The notes: generated by a model not told the origin, from the sequence alone. A stretch of 64,000 nt of DNA from an uncultured Pseudomonadales bacterium (GCA_964618725.1 CAZUBK010000002.1:209543-273542), one strand, 5' to 3'. Positions 20,567-31,284 are shown, counted from the stretch's first letter. Made by a program: numbers and translations.

Positions 20567-22624
20567 GTGGAAAAAGCATACGACCACAAACAAGAAGAAA
20601 AGATTTATGAAGCCTGGGAGAGGTCGGGGGCATTTGTGGCTCCAACTCGGGATGAGGCAGAAAAGAAGGGATTGGCGCCGTTTACAATCATCATGCCACC
20701 ACCGAACGCGAGTGACCCGATGCATGTAGGGCATGCGATGTTTGTGAGCACTGAAGACATTATGATCCGATATCGCCGAATGAAGGGAGATGCGACGTTG
20801 TGGCTTCCCGGGACGGATCATGCGGGGATAGAGACGCAATTTGTGTTTGAGAAGAAGTTGGCCAAGGAGGGTAAAAGCAGATTTGATTTTGATCGGGAGA
20901 CGCTTTATAAAATGATTTGGGAACACGTTAAAGAAAATTCCGGGGTGGCAATAGGGCAGATGAAGAGGCTGGGGGCGAGTGCCGATTGGAGTAGGTTTAA
21001 GTTCACTTTGGATGATGATGTGGTGGACATGGTATTAGACACGTTTCTTAAACTTAATGAGGATGGCTTGATTTACCGTGGCGAGAGACTGGTCAACTAC
21101 TGCACCAAGTGTGGGACGGGGTATTCAGAACTTGAAGTGGAATATGAAGAGAGAAACTCCCCTCTTTATTACATGAAGTACGGGCCCTTTGTTTTGGCAA
21201 CGGTCAGGCCGGAAACGAAATTTGGTGACAGTGCGGTAGCAGTTAATCCTAAAGACAGGAGATACAAGAAGTGGGTTGGAAAAGAAATCGAAGTAGAAGG
21301 TTTGTTGGGTAAATTCAAAATTAAAGTAATCGCGGACGAACTAGTAGATCCTAAGTTTGGAACAGGAGTGGTTAAAGTAACCCCAGCCCATGATCCAAAT
21401 GACTTTGAGATGGGCCAACGTCACAACCTTCCGATGAAGCAGGTAATTGGTTTTGATGGGAAATTAACTAAAATTGCCGGCAAATATGCTGGAATGAAAG
21501 TGGAAGAAGCGAGAAAGGTAGTAGTGGAAGACCTGGAAGAGAGGGGGTTGATCGAGAAGATTGATGAGAAGTATGTCAATCGGGTGGCAACGTGCTATCG
21601 ATGTCATAGGACAATCGAGCCTTTACCAATGAAACAGTTCTTTGTCAGAGTGGAGTCGTTGGCTAAGAAGGCATTGGCGGCTTTAGATTCGAAGGAGACG
21701 ATTCTTTTGGGGGCGGGAAGAGAGAAGATACTTAGGCATTGGCTTAGGAATCTGAAGGACTGGAATATATCACGCCAAATTGTTTGGGGAATTAGGATAC
21801 CGGTGTGGTACAAGAATGGAAACAAAGATGAGTGGATAGCGAGCAAGACTTCTCCAGGAGAGGAATATGTACAGGAGACGGACACTTTTGATACTTGGTT
21901 TAGTTCGGGCCAGTGGCCAGTGGTGACACTGAAAACAAATAAACCAGGCGACTTTGAATACTATTACCCCACTTCGGTACTGGAGACGGCCTATGAAATT
22001 TTGCCATTTTGGGTGATGAGGATGATGATGCTGGGAATATACCTAACGGGTAAGTCACCTTTTAAGTATGTGTATCTTCACGGACTGATCCGGGATGAAC
22101 ACGGGCGGAAGATGAGTAAGAGTATAGGGAATGTGATTAACCCGCTTGAGTCAATCGGAAAGTATGGAGCAGATGCGTTGAGGATGGCCTTGGTGATGAA
22201 CAGTAGTCCGGGGGTGGATAAAAACGCAAGTGAGGCGCAGATCAGAGGGATGAGAAACTTTGCCAACAAGATCTGGAATGCGAGTCGATTTGTATTGATG
22301 ATGGAGGAAAAGAACAAGAAGGGAGAAAGAGATGGAGAGTTTAAGACACACATGAAGGAGACAGTGAAACTGGTGACTAAACAAATGGAAGAACTGAAAG
22401 TGGGGTTGGCAGCAGAGACGGTTTACAATGAGTTTTGGCATTGGTTCTGTGATGAATCTATTGAGGAAACTAAGGCGGGAAGCATATCGTATGAGGCATT
22501 GTATGGCGGCTTACTGACTTTTTTGAGACTATTACACCCATTTGTACCTTTTGTAACGGAGGCCGTATGGAAAGAGCTGGGAGAGAAAGGAATGTTGATA
22601 TCAAAAAATTGGCCAGACAGGTAG
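20567..22624 (+). CDS. valS: valyl-tRNA synthetase (short form, 685 aa)
   Basis: HIGH region PPPNASDPMHVGHA, GTDHAGIETQ, KMSKSIGNVINP. C-terminal coiled-coil region appears absent. Confidence 0.85.
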   Translation: MEKAYDHKQEEKIYEAWERSGAFVAPTRDEAEKKGLAPFTIIMPPPNASDPMHVGHAMFVSTEDIMIRYRRMKGDATLWLPGTDHAGIETQFVFEKKLAKEGKSRFDFDRETLYKMIWEHVKENSGVAIGQMKRLGASADWSRFKFTLDDDVVDMVLDTFLKLNEDGLIYRGERLVNYCTKCGTGYSELEVEYEERNSPLYYMKYGPFVLATVRPETKFGDSAVAVNPKDRRYKKWVGKEIEVEGLLGKFKIKVIADELVDPKFGTGVVKVTPAHDPNDFEMGQRHNLPMKQVIGFDGKLTKIAGKYAGMKVEEARKVVVEDLEERGLIEKIDEKYVNRVATCYRCHRTIEPLPMKQFFVRVESLAKKALAALDSKETILLGAGREKILRHWLRNLKDWNISRQIVWGIRIPVWYKNGNKDEWIASKTSPGEEYVQETDTFDTWFSSGQWPVVTLKTNKPGDFEYYYPTSVLETAYEILPFWVMRMMMLGIYLTGKSPFKYVYLHGLIRDEHGRKMSKSIGNVINPLESIGKYGADALRMALVMNSSPGVDKNASEAQIRGMRNFANKIWNASRFVLMMEEKNKKGERDGEFKTHMKETVKLVTKQMEELKVGLAAETVYNEFWHWFCDESIEETKAGSISYEALYGGLLTFLRLLHPFVPFVTEAVWKELGEKGMLISKNWPDR

Positions 22625-22657
22625 TCTTCAAGAAATGGGCGGGTTGTATGCAGAGAT

Positions 22658-23224
22658 TTGCTTTCGTATTATGACTATGTGAGGACTGCCCAAGTACACC
22701 ATACAGTTAAGGAGAAAAAGAAAAAACAGAAGAGAGATGGATTCTTTCGCTCCCCCGCCTTTCAGGGAATGGTGGCAGTATTGCCGGTGGTGGTGGCCTT
22801 GATAATTTTAGGATTGCAATTCGAATCTGGAATGAGGGAAAGGGATGTTTTTCTTAGGCTGGGGGAGGGGGGAGACTCCCCTGCTTTGTGGTATGAAGCC
22901 GTGAAGAAAGCGGCTGAAGAAGGAGACGTTGCTTCTGGAAGGAAATTCTATACAAAAGCAGTTGGAGGTGACACCGAGTCCCCTGTTTTGGGTGCCAGCA
23001 GTGATTTGGAAGATCGATTGTGGCCAGAGAGGCGACTTGAACGTGAGTGGAGGAAAATAGAGGGATTAGTGAATGAAGGCAGGTCTGCGCAAGTTTTATT
23101 AAGGGGAGTTGAAATAAAGTGGTTGCTTGGAGAAAAGAATGAGGCAAGGGAACTGTGGGTGAGGGCGTGGGCAATTGATCCGAACGGAGAGGTACAGAAG
23201 ATTAAGGAAAGACTAGGGATATGA
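22658..23224 (+). CDS. hypothetical membrane-anchored protein
   Basis: TM segment MVAVLPVVVALIILGL. 188 aa. Confidence 0.4.
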   Translation: MLSYYDYVRTAQVHHTVKEKKKKQKRDGFFRSPAFQGMVAVLPVVVALIILGLQFESGMRERDVFLRLGEGGDSPALWYEAVKKAAEEGDVASGRKFYTKAVGGDTESPVLGASSDLEDRLWPERRLEREWRKIEGLVNEGRSAQVLLRGVEIKWLLGEKNEARELWVRAWAIDPNGEVQKIKERLGI

Positions 23225-23890
23225 TTACTTAGCTTCTTCTGATTCCGTTTCGGGTTGTGCTTGTTCTGTCTTACCTTCTTCAGTGGAAGTTTCTCCTTCA
23301 GGTGCAGGGGTAGGCTCTTCCTCTATTTGAGGCTCTTGAGCTTGAACAATCTGTTCGTCTGGTTCCGCTTGGATCTTAATTTTGGAGGTATCGATTTTTA
23401 GATCTTCAACAGAAAGAGAGTCTCCGATTTCTTTAAGACTGGAGATATCGAGAGTTAGCTCGTGAGGAATTTCTGTCGGGAGAGCTTCGACATCAAGTTC
23501 ATTTATCATCTGGATGAGGACGGCACCTTTATCTTCAACCGCTGGGGCGGTACCAGTAAGGACGAGAGGAACAGTGGCGGTGACCTTTTGGGTGAGGTCA
23601 ACTTGATGGAAGTCGACGTGAATGGGAAGGTCGGTAATGGGATTGACTTGGAGTGCACTAACTAGGAGGGGGCGGACTTCTTTTTCAGAGTTGACAGTAG
23701 CATAGATGATGGAGGTCTCACCGGCTTTCTCATAAATCTTCTGAAAGTCTTTAAGGCTGATCTGAACCGGAATTGAGGAGATCTTTTTGCCAAAGATGTT
23801 GGCGGGGATAATGTGTTGTCGACGTAATTGTTTTACCTTACGTCCAGAGAGGGTCCGCTTATTAAGATCAAGAGTTAGTTTTTCTGTCAT
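23225..23890 (-). CDS. rplY: 50S ribosomal protein L25 / general stress protein Ctc
   Basis: N-terminal LSGRKVKQLRRQHIIPANIFG and overall L25/Ctc organisation, with an acidic C-terminal tail. Confidence 0.85.
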   Translation of the reverse strand: MTEKLTLDLNKRTLSGRKVKQLRRQHIIPANIFGKKISSIPVQISLKDFQKIYEKAGETSIIYATVNSEKEVRPLLVSALQVNPITDLPIHVDFHQVDLTQKVTATVPLVLTGTAPAVEDKGAVLIQMINELDVEALPTEIPHELTLDISSLKEIGDSLSVEDLKIDTSKIKIQAEPDEQIVQAQEPQIEEEPTPAPEGETSTEEGKTEQAQPETESEEAK

Positions 23891-23957
23891 GGTGGAATTT
23901 TAACACGAGTGACGGGTTATGGGCAAATTTGTTAGTTTTTCGATGAATATGTTTAGG

Positions 23958-26735
23958 TCATTGACGGGTAAATTTGACGGAGAAGTTTGTGTCATTGGTG
24001 AACGGAGAGTTAAATATCAGTTGATTTTCTTGGGAGGAGGCGGGGGTGCTGAGGAGAACTGGTTTAAGAAAGGGTGGATAAGCGATCTTTAACAAAAATG
24101 AGGTCGATCCGAAACCTGGTTGCCTTTCCCAGTTAATGCTTAGGGAGGAGGTTGGGGTGAGAGTGGAGAGAATACTACTGCTTTCGAGACTGAGGGTGAG
24201 AGTGCTAGTGGTACTGGATTGGATTTCGTAATAGAAACCAATCTCGGTGAGATTGGGATTAGTGGCGAAAGAGGCTGTATCAAAGGTAAGGGGTTGATTG
24301 TCTTGTTCAAGACCGAGTACCCTTGTATTGAGAGGGAGATAAAAACGAGTGTAGGTTTTATATTTACCGCCTGGCCAGCCGTTATCTGGAGAGGTATTTT
24401 GATAAAGGAGGGTAATCTTGTGAGTAAGTTGGCCTGCGGGACCAATGTCTATTTGGTGGGTAACTTGGCGATTGAGATAGAAATTACTTCGGTTGATACC
24501 CAAGTTGGCTTCGACCAAGGCAAAGGTCTGGTTGGTACAGGCAATGTCAGAAAAGAGGGGTGGACAGGAGGGATATCTTAGAGAGCCGGACCAGTTTCGA
24601 GTTTCAAGAAGTTGTTGGAGCTTGTCGTCATTGAGGGAGAGAAGGAGAGAGCCGTGTTGCAAAGAGAGGTTAAGGGAGCGGGCAAGAGAAATCAAGGGAG
24701 GAGGGGTATCTTTGAGATTGGTTAAAAGGATCTTTAAAAGACTGGTCAAGAAATCTTGGCCGGTATTGTTGGGAGAGGTAAAATCAATTTGGCTTTTTTG
24801 ATTGATGATTTGATAGAGATTATCCTTGTTAATGATTTGACCTGTGGAATCGGTAACAGGACCGGTATTTCTTAGTAGTTCTTTTATGGCTTCGAGGTCA
24901 AGAGCAATAACACCATCAAAGGTTTGATTGAGTTCTTTTTGGAAAAACCACTGGACTTGTTTGGCGCTAACAGAGAAGTCGGGATACCAGTTGGCATCGC
25001 GGGCAAACCAGTTTGGATCTAAATGAGCTTTGAGGGGGGCGGGTGGTTCAACCTGACCCGAGAGTTGACTATCGGCGGTGTAGATATCTGAGACAGAAAA
25101 GTCAGCGAGTCGTCCTTTGTGGAAGTTAAGGATGGCGAAAGAGTTGATGAAACCACCGGTGGGGCGAAGTTCGGTATTATTCTGGAGGAGAAGGAGATAA
25201 GAAGAGCTCTCCTTGGCAATAGTAACCGGGATGAGATCGAGAACTGTTAAGCCGAACTGGATTCTCTTGCGAATATCAGGCAGCTTTTCCTTGGTAGACT
25301 TGAGTGTTTCTAAATAGGGGAGACGAGAGGTAAAGGAGAGATTTTGTAGACTGATTTCAACCAAGGAGAGGTCGGTGTACAGTTTCTCAAGGTTTGATTT
25401 AAGGCTTGGAAGAAGAGAGCTGAGATCAGCTTGATTTGAACCAAGAATATAGGAATAGACGTCTTGTGCTTGGGTGACGGTACTGACTGAAGTGAGAATA
25501 ATAGTACTGAGACGTTGACCAGTATCTAGAAGCCGAGCGTGTTTGTTAAGTTTCTCCTCCAGAGGGAGGAAAAAGTAAAGTTTCTGATTTAGTTCGAGGA
25601 GCTGTCTGCTTCGAGAGAACTCCCTGAAAGACGTATTGCTTAATCTGGCGGCAGTAGTGGTGTCTGAGCCCTCTAGAGCAACAAGAGCAGAGGACAGATG
25701 TTTGGCACCAAGATATGCTTGAGAAACAAGAAGAAGAGGGGGAGATAAAAGCAAAGAAAGGAGAAGGATGAATCCAAAAAAGAGGGGACCCTTTGAGCGG
25801 TTCCTGAAAATAATCTCTTTTAAATGCGTAGTCTTTTTTTGGGTGACGGTTTTGAAATCGGAGAAGGATTTAAGAACTGTTTCTGTTGGCTGTATTGGAG
25901 TAGTGGGGGGAGGAGTAGGTATCTCTTTAGGAGGTAGGGATAGATTGACAAAAAGAGAGGTAAGACTTTTTTCTAGATCACTGGTGGGGTTCCAGTCAAG
26001 TACGGCTTGAGTGTGAGCGATTGAGGAACGATTGGGAACAAATGAGGGAAGTGGCTTGATGACGAAATCGAGACTAGATTGTTTGTTTAAACGCTCTTGC
26101 GCTTGTTTCTTGGCAAGGGTGACAAAGTCGAGTTCGGTAATCTGATCTAGACTGGAGAGCCAATAGATGGGATGGGAGAATCCAGAGGAAAAGAGGATCC
26201 GAAGAAGGGGATCACTAATGTCAGAGACGTGGGTAGGAAAAAGCAAGTTTTGGCCTTGATTGGCGAGTTCTAGCTTGGTACCTTTAGAGATCGCTCGAAG
26301 AAATGCTTGGGCATTGAGGGAGGAGGAGAAACGAAGATCTCCGTAAATATCGGTGAGCAAGACGCGACGAATGTTGGCACTATTTGATTCGGGAAATACC
26401 TCAAACTTTTGATTGGGATAACTTTCAACGACCACTGATTTGCTACCGGTTTTCTCCAAATGGTCACGGAGATGATGGAGCTGTTCAGTGGTACCAAGAG
26501 AGGGGAAAAAGATACAAAGGTAGTCAGGATTATTGACCTGGTGCAAGAGATCTAGATTTTGAGTTTGATTAACTTCGGAGGGAAGAGGAAGGGAATAATT
26601 CTCAGAGGAGAGATTTGCCAAGTGAACAAATATACCTTGCTCAAGGAGGGTGTTGACAAAGGTGTAGCTGAGTAAAGGCGAGTAGCTGATTACTACAGCA
26701 ATTGGTTGATTGGCTTTTTTTTGTGTTTCAAACAT
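23958..26735 (-). CDS. large membrane-associated hypothetical protein (925 aa)
   Basis: Internal TM segment LFFGFILLLSLLLSPPLLL. No catalytic motif recognised. Confidence 0.55.
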   Translation of the reverse strand: MFETQKKANQPIAVVISYSPLLSYTFVNTLLEQGIFVHLANLSSENYSLPLPSEVNQTQNLDLLHQVNNPDYLCIFFPSLGTTEQLHHLRDHLEKTGSKSVVVESYPNQKFEVFPESNSANIRRVLLTDIYGDLRFSSSLNAQAFLRAISKGTKLELANQGQNLLFPTHVSDISDPLLRILFSSGFSHPIYWLSSLDQITELDFVTLAKKQAQERLNKQSSLDFVIKPLPSFVPNRSSIAHTQAVLDWNPTSDLEKSLTSLFVNLSLPPKEIPTPPPTTPIQPTETVLKSFSDFKTVTQKKTTHLKEIIFRNRSKGPLFFGFILLLSLLLSPPLLLVSQAYLGAKHLSSALVALEGSDTTTAARLSNTSFREFSRSRQLLELNQKLYFFLPLEEKLNKHARLLDTGQRLSTIILTSVSTVTQAQDVYSYILGSNQADLSSLLPSLKSNLEKLYTDLSLVEISLQNLSFTSRLPYLETLKSTKEKLPDIRKRIQFGLTVLDLIPVTIAKESSSYLLLLQNNTELRPTGGFINSFAILNFHKGRLADFSVSDIYTADSQLSGQVEPPAPLKAHLDPNWFARDANWYPDFSVSAKQVQWFFQKELNQTFDGVIALDLEAIKELLRNTGPVTDSTGQIINKDNLYQIINQKSQIDFTSPNNTGQDFLTSLLKILLTNLKDTPPPLISLARSLNLSLQHGSLLLSLNDDKLQQLLETRNWSGSLRYPSCPPLFSDIACTNQTFALVEANLGINRSNFYLNRQVTHQIDIGPAGQLTHKITLLYQNTSPDNGWPGGKYKTYTRFYLPLNTRVLGLEQDNQPLTFDTASFATNPNLTEIGFYYEIQSSTTSTLTLSLESSSILSTLTPTSSLSINWERQPGFGSTSFLLKIAYPPFLKPVLLSTPASSQENQLIFNSPFTNDTNFSVKFTRQ

Positions 26736-26922
26736 AATTTGGGATTGTTTTTAGTTTAGCGATTTTCGGAGTTCTCAGAAACAGGTAGTAATGGCGAGAA
26801 AACAGATTAAGCGTTATTACATTTCCTTTTACTTTATTTTATGGCTATTTTTGTTTTTTGCCAGGCATATCTTCCGTACTTACACCGGTCACATGAAAAT
26901 CTGGGCACAAGGTTTACATGGT

Positions 26923-26931
26923 TTATCCACA
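26923..26931. promoter_or_regulatory. perfect consensus DnaA box TTATCCACA in intergenic region
   Basis: Exact 9-mer in the 26736-27059 intergenic region. Confidence 0.3.
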
Positions 26932-27059
26932 TAAAGTGATGCACTAGATGGTACAGACGTTGGGGAAAACTTTTTTGGAGAGAAAATATTTTGAGAGTTG
27001 TATCGGCCTACGTGAAATTGGGCTTTGTGGAGAATACTTTAAGGTAAATTGGAGTCAGG

Positions 27060-27491
27060 TTATGTTTGTTGGTCAAGCTCCTGATTGACCAGTAGATCTG
27101 CATCAGAGTTTTGAGCCCGAGGAACATGAGTGAAAGTAACCTTAAAGGGAAGTTGTTCCAAAAGAGAAAATATCTTAAGAGAGAGGGGTCGAATATCAGG
27201 GTGTTTAATTTTGTAGAGGCCATTGAGTTGGTGAACAATTAGCTCGGAGTCGAGATAAGCGCGGAGTTCGGAAATGGGGGGAAAATTGGAAAGATTTTCA
27301 TTAAGATATTCAAGGGCGTGAATGAGGGCCTGGTATTCGGCTTGGTTGTTGGTGGTGATACCAAGAAAGTAAGAAAATGATTTCAGGACTTGACCGTGAT
27401 CATCATGAAAAATGATACCAGCAGCAGCTAGGCCCGGATTGCCACGGGAGCCGCCGTCAGTGTGAAGAATGAGGGGAGCTGGAATAGACAT
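27060..27491 (-). CDS. rnhA: ribonuclease HI
   Basis: TDGGSRGNPG...NNQAEYQALI...D..LVN catalytic DEDD-type motifs of RNase H. Confidence 0.8.
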   Translation of the reverse strand: MSIPAPLILHTDGGSRGNPGLAAAGIIFHDDHGQVLKSFSYFLGITTNNQAEYQALIHALEYLNENLSNFPPISELRAYLDSELIVHQLNGLYKIKHPDIRPLSLKIFSLLEQLPFKVTFTHVPRAQNSDADLLVNQELDQQT

Positions 27492-27508
27492 GAGGCAGAT
27501 TATACGTC

Positions 27509-28798
27509 TTAGTTGAAAAGAAGTCGAAAAATAGTTTTAGGGTGAAGATAGAAGAGGATGTTGGTAATACTTAGACGACCAGTGGACTTGAGTAGGAGCC
27601 TAGTATTTAGAATCAGAACGAAGACCTCGGTAACACCAGTAATAGCAGCGGAAGCGAGAATAGAGAAATGAGGAATGAGAAGAAGGTTGAGGGAGGCATT
27701 AAGGAACAGGGCGAGGATGGCAGTAATGGCGGCTTTGTGTTGCTTGTTGAGAGCGAGAAGGGGATAACCAATGGCGTGGTTTAGATAGCTTGGAATGATG
27801 CTGAGGGAAAGAAGTCGTAGGGTAAGAATAGAAGGGGAGAAAGTACTACCGGCGAGAAAGCTAATAATAAAAGGACTGAGGAAGAAGGCAGGTATGGCAA
27901 CAATGAAGGAAAGCAGCAGTAAAGCGGCAAGGTTTTTTTCTAAAGCGGCACGAAACTGAGCCGTTTGTTTAGCCCGGGCGGCGAGGATGGGAAAGGTGGC
28001 GTTGGCGAGGAAGCCAGCGCCGACAACAAGGCTTTCGTAGACTTTGTAGCTTAAGCCATAGTAGGCGACTGCCTCACTGCCTTGGAGGCGCTCGAGGATG
28101 AGGATATCTAGACGATTGTAGATGGAGAAGACAGTGAGAAGAGTACCCATAGGGAGACTCTGAAGAAGAATAGATTTGGCGATGCCTAATTCAAGATGAA
28201 GAGGGAGAGAAGTAAGACGAAGAGAGGAATAGAGACCAGCAAAAACGCTAATTAAGGTAGAGAGGACGAGGAGACCAAAGACATTGGTAGCGTCGAAGGA
28301 AGAAGGATGAAGGAGGAAGAGAAAGACAGGGAAGGTGAGGCTGCTGATGGTATCGACAAGGGAGAGACGCCAGAGTTGTAGTTTGGTTTGAAAGATAACC
28401 TGGAAGGAGGTCTTGAGAGACATAAGAGGGAGAAGAAGAGAGGCAACCAAAACTAAGGGACGAAGGGAAATGAGGGTAGGATAGAGGAAGGAGGTAGAGA
28501 CAAAGGCAAGGGTAATTAGAAATGAGACAGCGAGACGAAAAAGAATGGTGGTGGAGTAAATGTGAGATTGCCTTTGGGGCTCGGCGGCGGCGAGGCGAGT
28601 TGAGACAAAAGTCGAGCCCCAATCGGCGAGAGAGAAAAAAAGGAGGGTGAGAGAAAAGACGTAAACATAATGACCATAACCTTGCACCCCTAACCTGGAA
28701 GTAAGTAGAGAGGTAACAATGATAGAAGCCATAATACTAAGAGCTTTACCAAGATACTGGGCGAGGGTGTTTAAGGCGAGGAGACGGGTAAGAGTCAT
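27509..28798 (-). CDS. polysaccharide/oligosaccharide flippase (MOP/Wzx family) membrane protein
   Basis: ~12 predicted TM helices. The start ATG overlaps the upstream stop as ATGA. Confidence 0.6.
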   Translation of the reverse strand: MTLTRLLALNTLAQYLGKALSIMASIIVTSLLTSRLGVQGYGHYVYVFSLTLLFFSLADWGSTFVSTRLAAAEPQRQSHIYSTTILFRLAVSFLITLAFVSTSFLYPTLISLRPLVLVASLLLPLMSLKTSFQVIFQTKLQLWRLSLVDTISSLTFPVFLFLLHPSSFDATNVFGLLVLSTLISVFAGLYSSLRLTSLPLHLELGIAKSILLQSLPMGTLLTVFSIYNRLDILILERLQGSEAVAYYGLSYKVYESLVVGAGFLANATFPILAARAKQTAQFRAALEKNLAALLLLSFIVAIPAFFLSPFIISFLAGSTFSPSILTLRLLSLSIIPSYLNHAIGYPLLALNKQHKAAITAILALFLNASLNLLLIPHFSILASAAITGVTEVFVLILNTRLLLKSTGRLSITNILFYLHPKTIFRLLFN

Positions 28799-30009
28799 GG
28801 GCTGATTTTGGATTCTTTGGTGGTTTCTTTCAAGGAGGGATTTAGAATTAAGCCGATGAGAATGGCGAATAGAAGGCGGTTCTGGGGGAGTGTAAGCCAA
28901 TAATGGTCAAAGAGGCTAGTGAGAAGGATGACTAGAAGGGAGAGGAAGAGGGTACTTTTGCCGGTAAAGTCGAGTTTGGCGAATTGGCGAAAAAGAAATA
29001 CTGATGGGATGATGCCGAGTTCGGCTACAAGGAGAAGGTACATATTGTGAACGGGTTGATGAAGTAAGAGGAAATCATTGAGAGAGAGATTGCTTATAAG
29101 TTCCGTTTGAGCAAGGAGATAGTTACCTAAGCCTGCTCCGAGGAAGGGAAGGCTGAGAATGACTTGGAGGCTTAATTTGTTGAGAAGAAGGCGCTCAGAG
29201 ATGGTCTGAGGAAGCGTGGTGGGAAGTAGGACAGAGAAAATGAGGGTGATAAGGGTAAGTAAGGGAAAGAAGTAGAGGACGCGGTTAAATATAAAACGGA
29301 ACTTGGGCCCAAAAAGAAAAAGGAGGGTGAGACCAAAAGAGAGAAGGGTGGTGCGGGAGTAAGTAAGGATTAAACCAAGGAAGAGAAAGGGGAGAAGTAG
29401 ACGACGAAGAGTGGGAGCAATCAGAGAGTGAAAGTGAAGAAGTAGATAGTAAGAGACGAGGAGAAAGCCAGCAAGAGAGTTGGGGTGACTGAAGGTGGCA
29501 TATGATCGGAGAAGGACTTGATGAAAGAGAGTCGTTTTAGCTATATTTGGGGTCAGAAGATTAAAGGTGCGTTCTCCGAGAAGATAGAAGGGTTGTCCGA
29601 GACTGCTACTAAGGAGAAATTGGAGGAGAGAAAGAATGGCGGAGAAGTAAAAGGCAATGAGAAGACCAGCGAGGAGGTACTTGATGGGCTTGAGCGGAGA
29701 AGAAGCAAGGACAAGAGAGAGATTAGTCAGAAGGAGGAGGCGAAGCCAGTGATAGAGGGAAAGGAGTGGAGAAAGGGAAAAGAGAATATTAATCAAAGGG
29801 AGCAAAAGCAAGTAGGGGAAACGACGAAGGAGGAAGAGGACTTTTTTGTAGCCGAACGGAAGAAAAAAGAGGAGAAGGATGTCGGTGAAATAGATCGTTA
29901 GAGAGAGATAGTCGACGGGTATACCTAAGGGATGGCTCCAGGAAGGCCAGAAGTGAAGGCCAAGTTGTGAGATAGAGAAGAAGCCGATGAGGAAGAGTAT
30001 TAATTGCAC
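28795..30009 (-). CDS. O-antigen ligase / Wzy-like polytopic membrane protein
   Basis: Polytopic membrane protein translationally coupled to the flippase. Assignment from topology and context only. Confidence 0.5.
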   Translation of the reverse strand: MQLILFLIGFFSISQLGLHFWPSWSHPLGIPVDYLSLTIYFTDILLLFFLPFGYKKVLFLLRRFPYLLLLPLINILFSLSPLLSLYHWLRLLLLTNLSLVLASSPLKPIKYLLAGLLIAFYFSAILSLLQFLLSSSLGQPFYLLGERTFNLLTPNIAKTTLFHQVLLRSYATFSHPNSLAGFLLVSYYLLLHFHSLIAPTLRRLLLPFLFLGLILTYSRTTLLSFGLTLLFLFGPKFRFIFNRVLYFFPLLTLITLIFSVLLPTTLPQTISERLLLNKLSLQVILSLPFLGAGLGNYLLAQTELISNLSLNDFLLLHQPVHNMYLLLVAELGIIPSVFLFRQFAKLDFTGKSTLFLSLLVILLTSLFDHYWLTLPQNRLLFAILIGLILNPSLKETTKESKISP

Positions 30010-30018
30010 AATTACAGT

Positions 30019-30489
30019 CTACTGGGTAAGACGGGGGATGAGGAAGAGCTGTCGGTAGGGTTTCTCTCCGCGGGATTCGGTGAGAACATCGGGACTATCG
30101 GTGAGATAGCTATGGACGATTTGGCGCTCATAAGCATTGAGTCCGGGAATGATGATTTCTTGGCCGGTGGAGATAGCTTTCTCGACAGCCTGATCGGCTT
30201 TGATAAGGAGGGCATCACGACGACGCTCCTGATAGTCACCAATATTGACGAAAACCCTATGCCAGTCGCCTAGACGCTCTGAAATGACTAAGGATAAAAG
30301 AAGTTGGAGGGAAGAGACTGTTTCGCCGCGGTGGCCAATAAAAATGCCTGATTCATCGTCTGGGAGTGAGATTTGGACTTTGATTGAGGCATCTTCTAAG
30401 GCAACACCAAATTGATCTTCATTGAGACCGAGAAGGCTTAATATATTGCTGACAACTTCAGCAACTTTGGTTTGGTCTTGACTATTCAT
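30019..30489 (-). CDS. jag: Jag/KhpB RNA-binding protein (KH + R3H domains)
   Basis: IGHRGETV KH-like motif, R3H-like C-terminus. Lies downstream of yidC. Confidence 0.8.
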   Translation of the reverse strand: MNSQDQTKVAEVVSNILSLLGLNEDQFGVALEDASIKVQISLPDDESGIFIGHRGETVSSLQLLLSLVISERLGDWHRVFVNIGDYQERRRDALLIKADQAVEKAISTGQEIIIPGLNAYERQIVHSYLTDSPDVLTESRGEKPYRQLFLIPRLTQ

Positions 30490-30525
30490 GTGTGGGAAAT
30501 ATTTGATAATTCTTTAATAAGAGCC

Positions 30526-31284
30526 CTAAAGGATCTGCGACTTGCTCGCTACAAAAGAATAGGCTTTTTTGAAGTAGAGACCTAAGCCTCCTGGACCGGC
30601 GATAAAATATTGTTGAATGGCAGAAAAGAGGGTGGTGATGACCCAATAGAGGGCGAGGCCGGAAGGAAAGCGAAGGGCTATTATGCCAGTCATGACAGGC
30701 ATAAGAAAAAGCATTTGAGATTGCATAGCGCCCGCCATATCGAGAGCGTCACCTTCCTTTTCTTTTGTCTTCTTGGTGGCTTGCTTGGCAGGTTTGTGGT
30801 GCTCGAGACCGGAACGCATCATGAGAGAAAAGGCGAATTGGGTGAGGCCGGCAAGAAGAGGAAGGATATAGAGGGGATCGGGTTTACCAAGATCGAGCCA
30901 GAGGAAGTGAGTATTGATAGAGGTACCATTAGTACCGTCACCACTGAGGAAACGAATAAAGACTTGATAGAGGGCTATAAGGAGGATGAGTTGGACGACT
31001 TGAGGGAGGCAGCCAGCGGCGGGGTTAATGCCATGTTGTTTGTAAAGTTCTAGCTGAGCTTGTTGAAGTTTGACTTTGTCAGAGTGTTTCTTCTTGAGCT
31101 TGTCGAGGTGGGGCTTGAGATCCTGCATTTTTTTGGCCGAACGGATAGAGGAGATACTGATGGGGACGAGGGCACTACGAAAGACAAGGGTGAGGGCGAT
31201 GATGGCAAGACCTAAATTACCACCAAGGAGGTTATAGAGAAAAAAGAGAAATTGAATGGTGGGATTAATGATGAAATTTAGCAT
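30526..31284 (-). CDS. yidC: membrane protein insertase YidC/Oxa1 (short form)
   Basis: HGINPAAGCLPQVVQLILLIALY conserved core. Standard operon context. Confidence 0.9.
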   Translation of the reverse strand: MLNFIINPTIQFLFFLYNLLGGNLGLAIIALTLVFRSALVPISISSIRSAKKMQDLKPHLDKLKKKHSDKVKLQQAQLELYKQHGINPAAGCLPQVVQLILLIALYQVFIRFLSGDGTNGTSINTHFLWLDLGKPDPLYILPLLAGLTQFAFSLMMRSGLEHHKPAKQATKKTKEKEGDALDMAGAMQSQMLFLMPVMTGIIALRFPSGLALYWVITTLFSAIQQYFIAGPGGLGLYFKKAYSFVASKSQIL

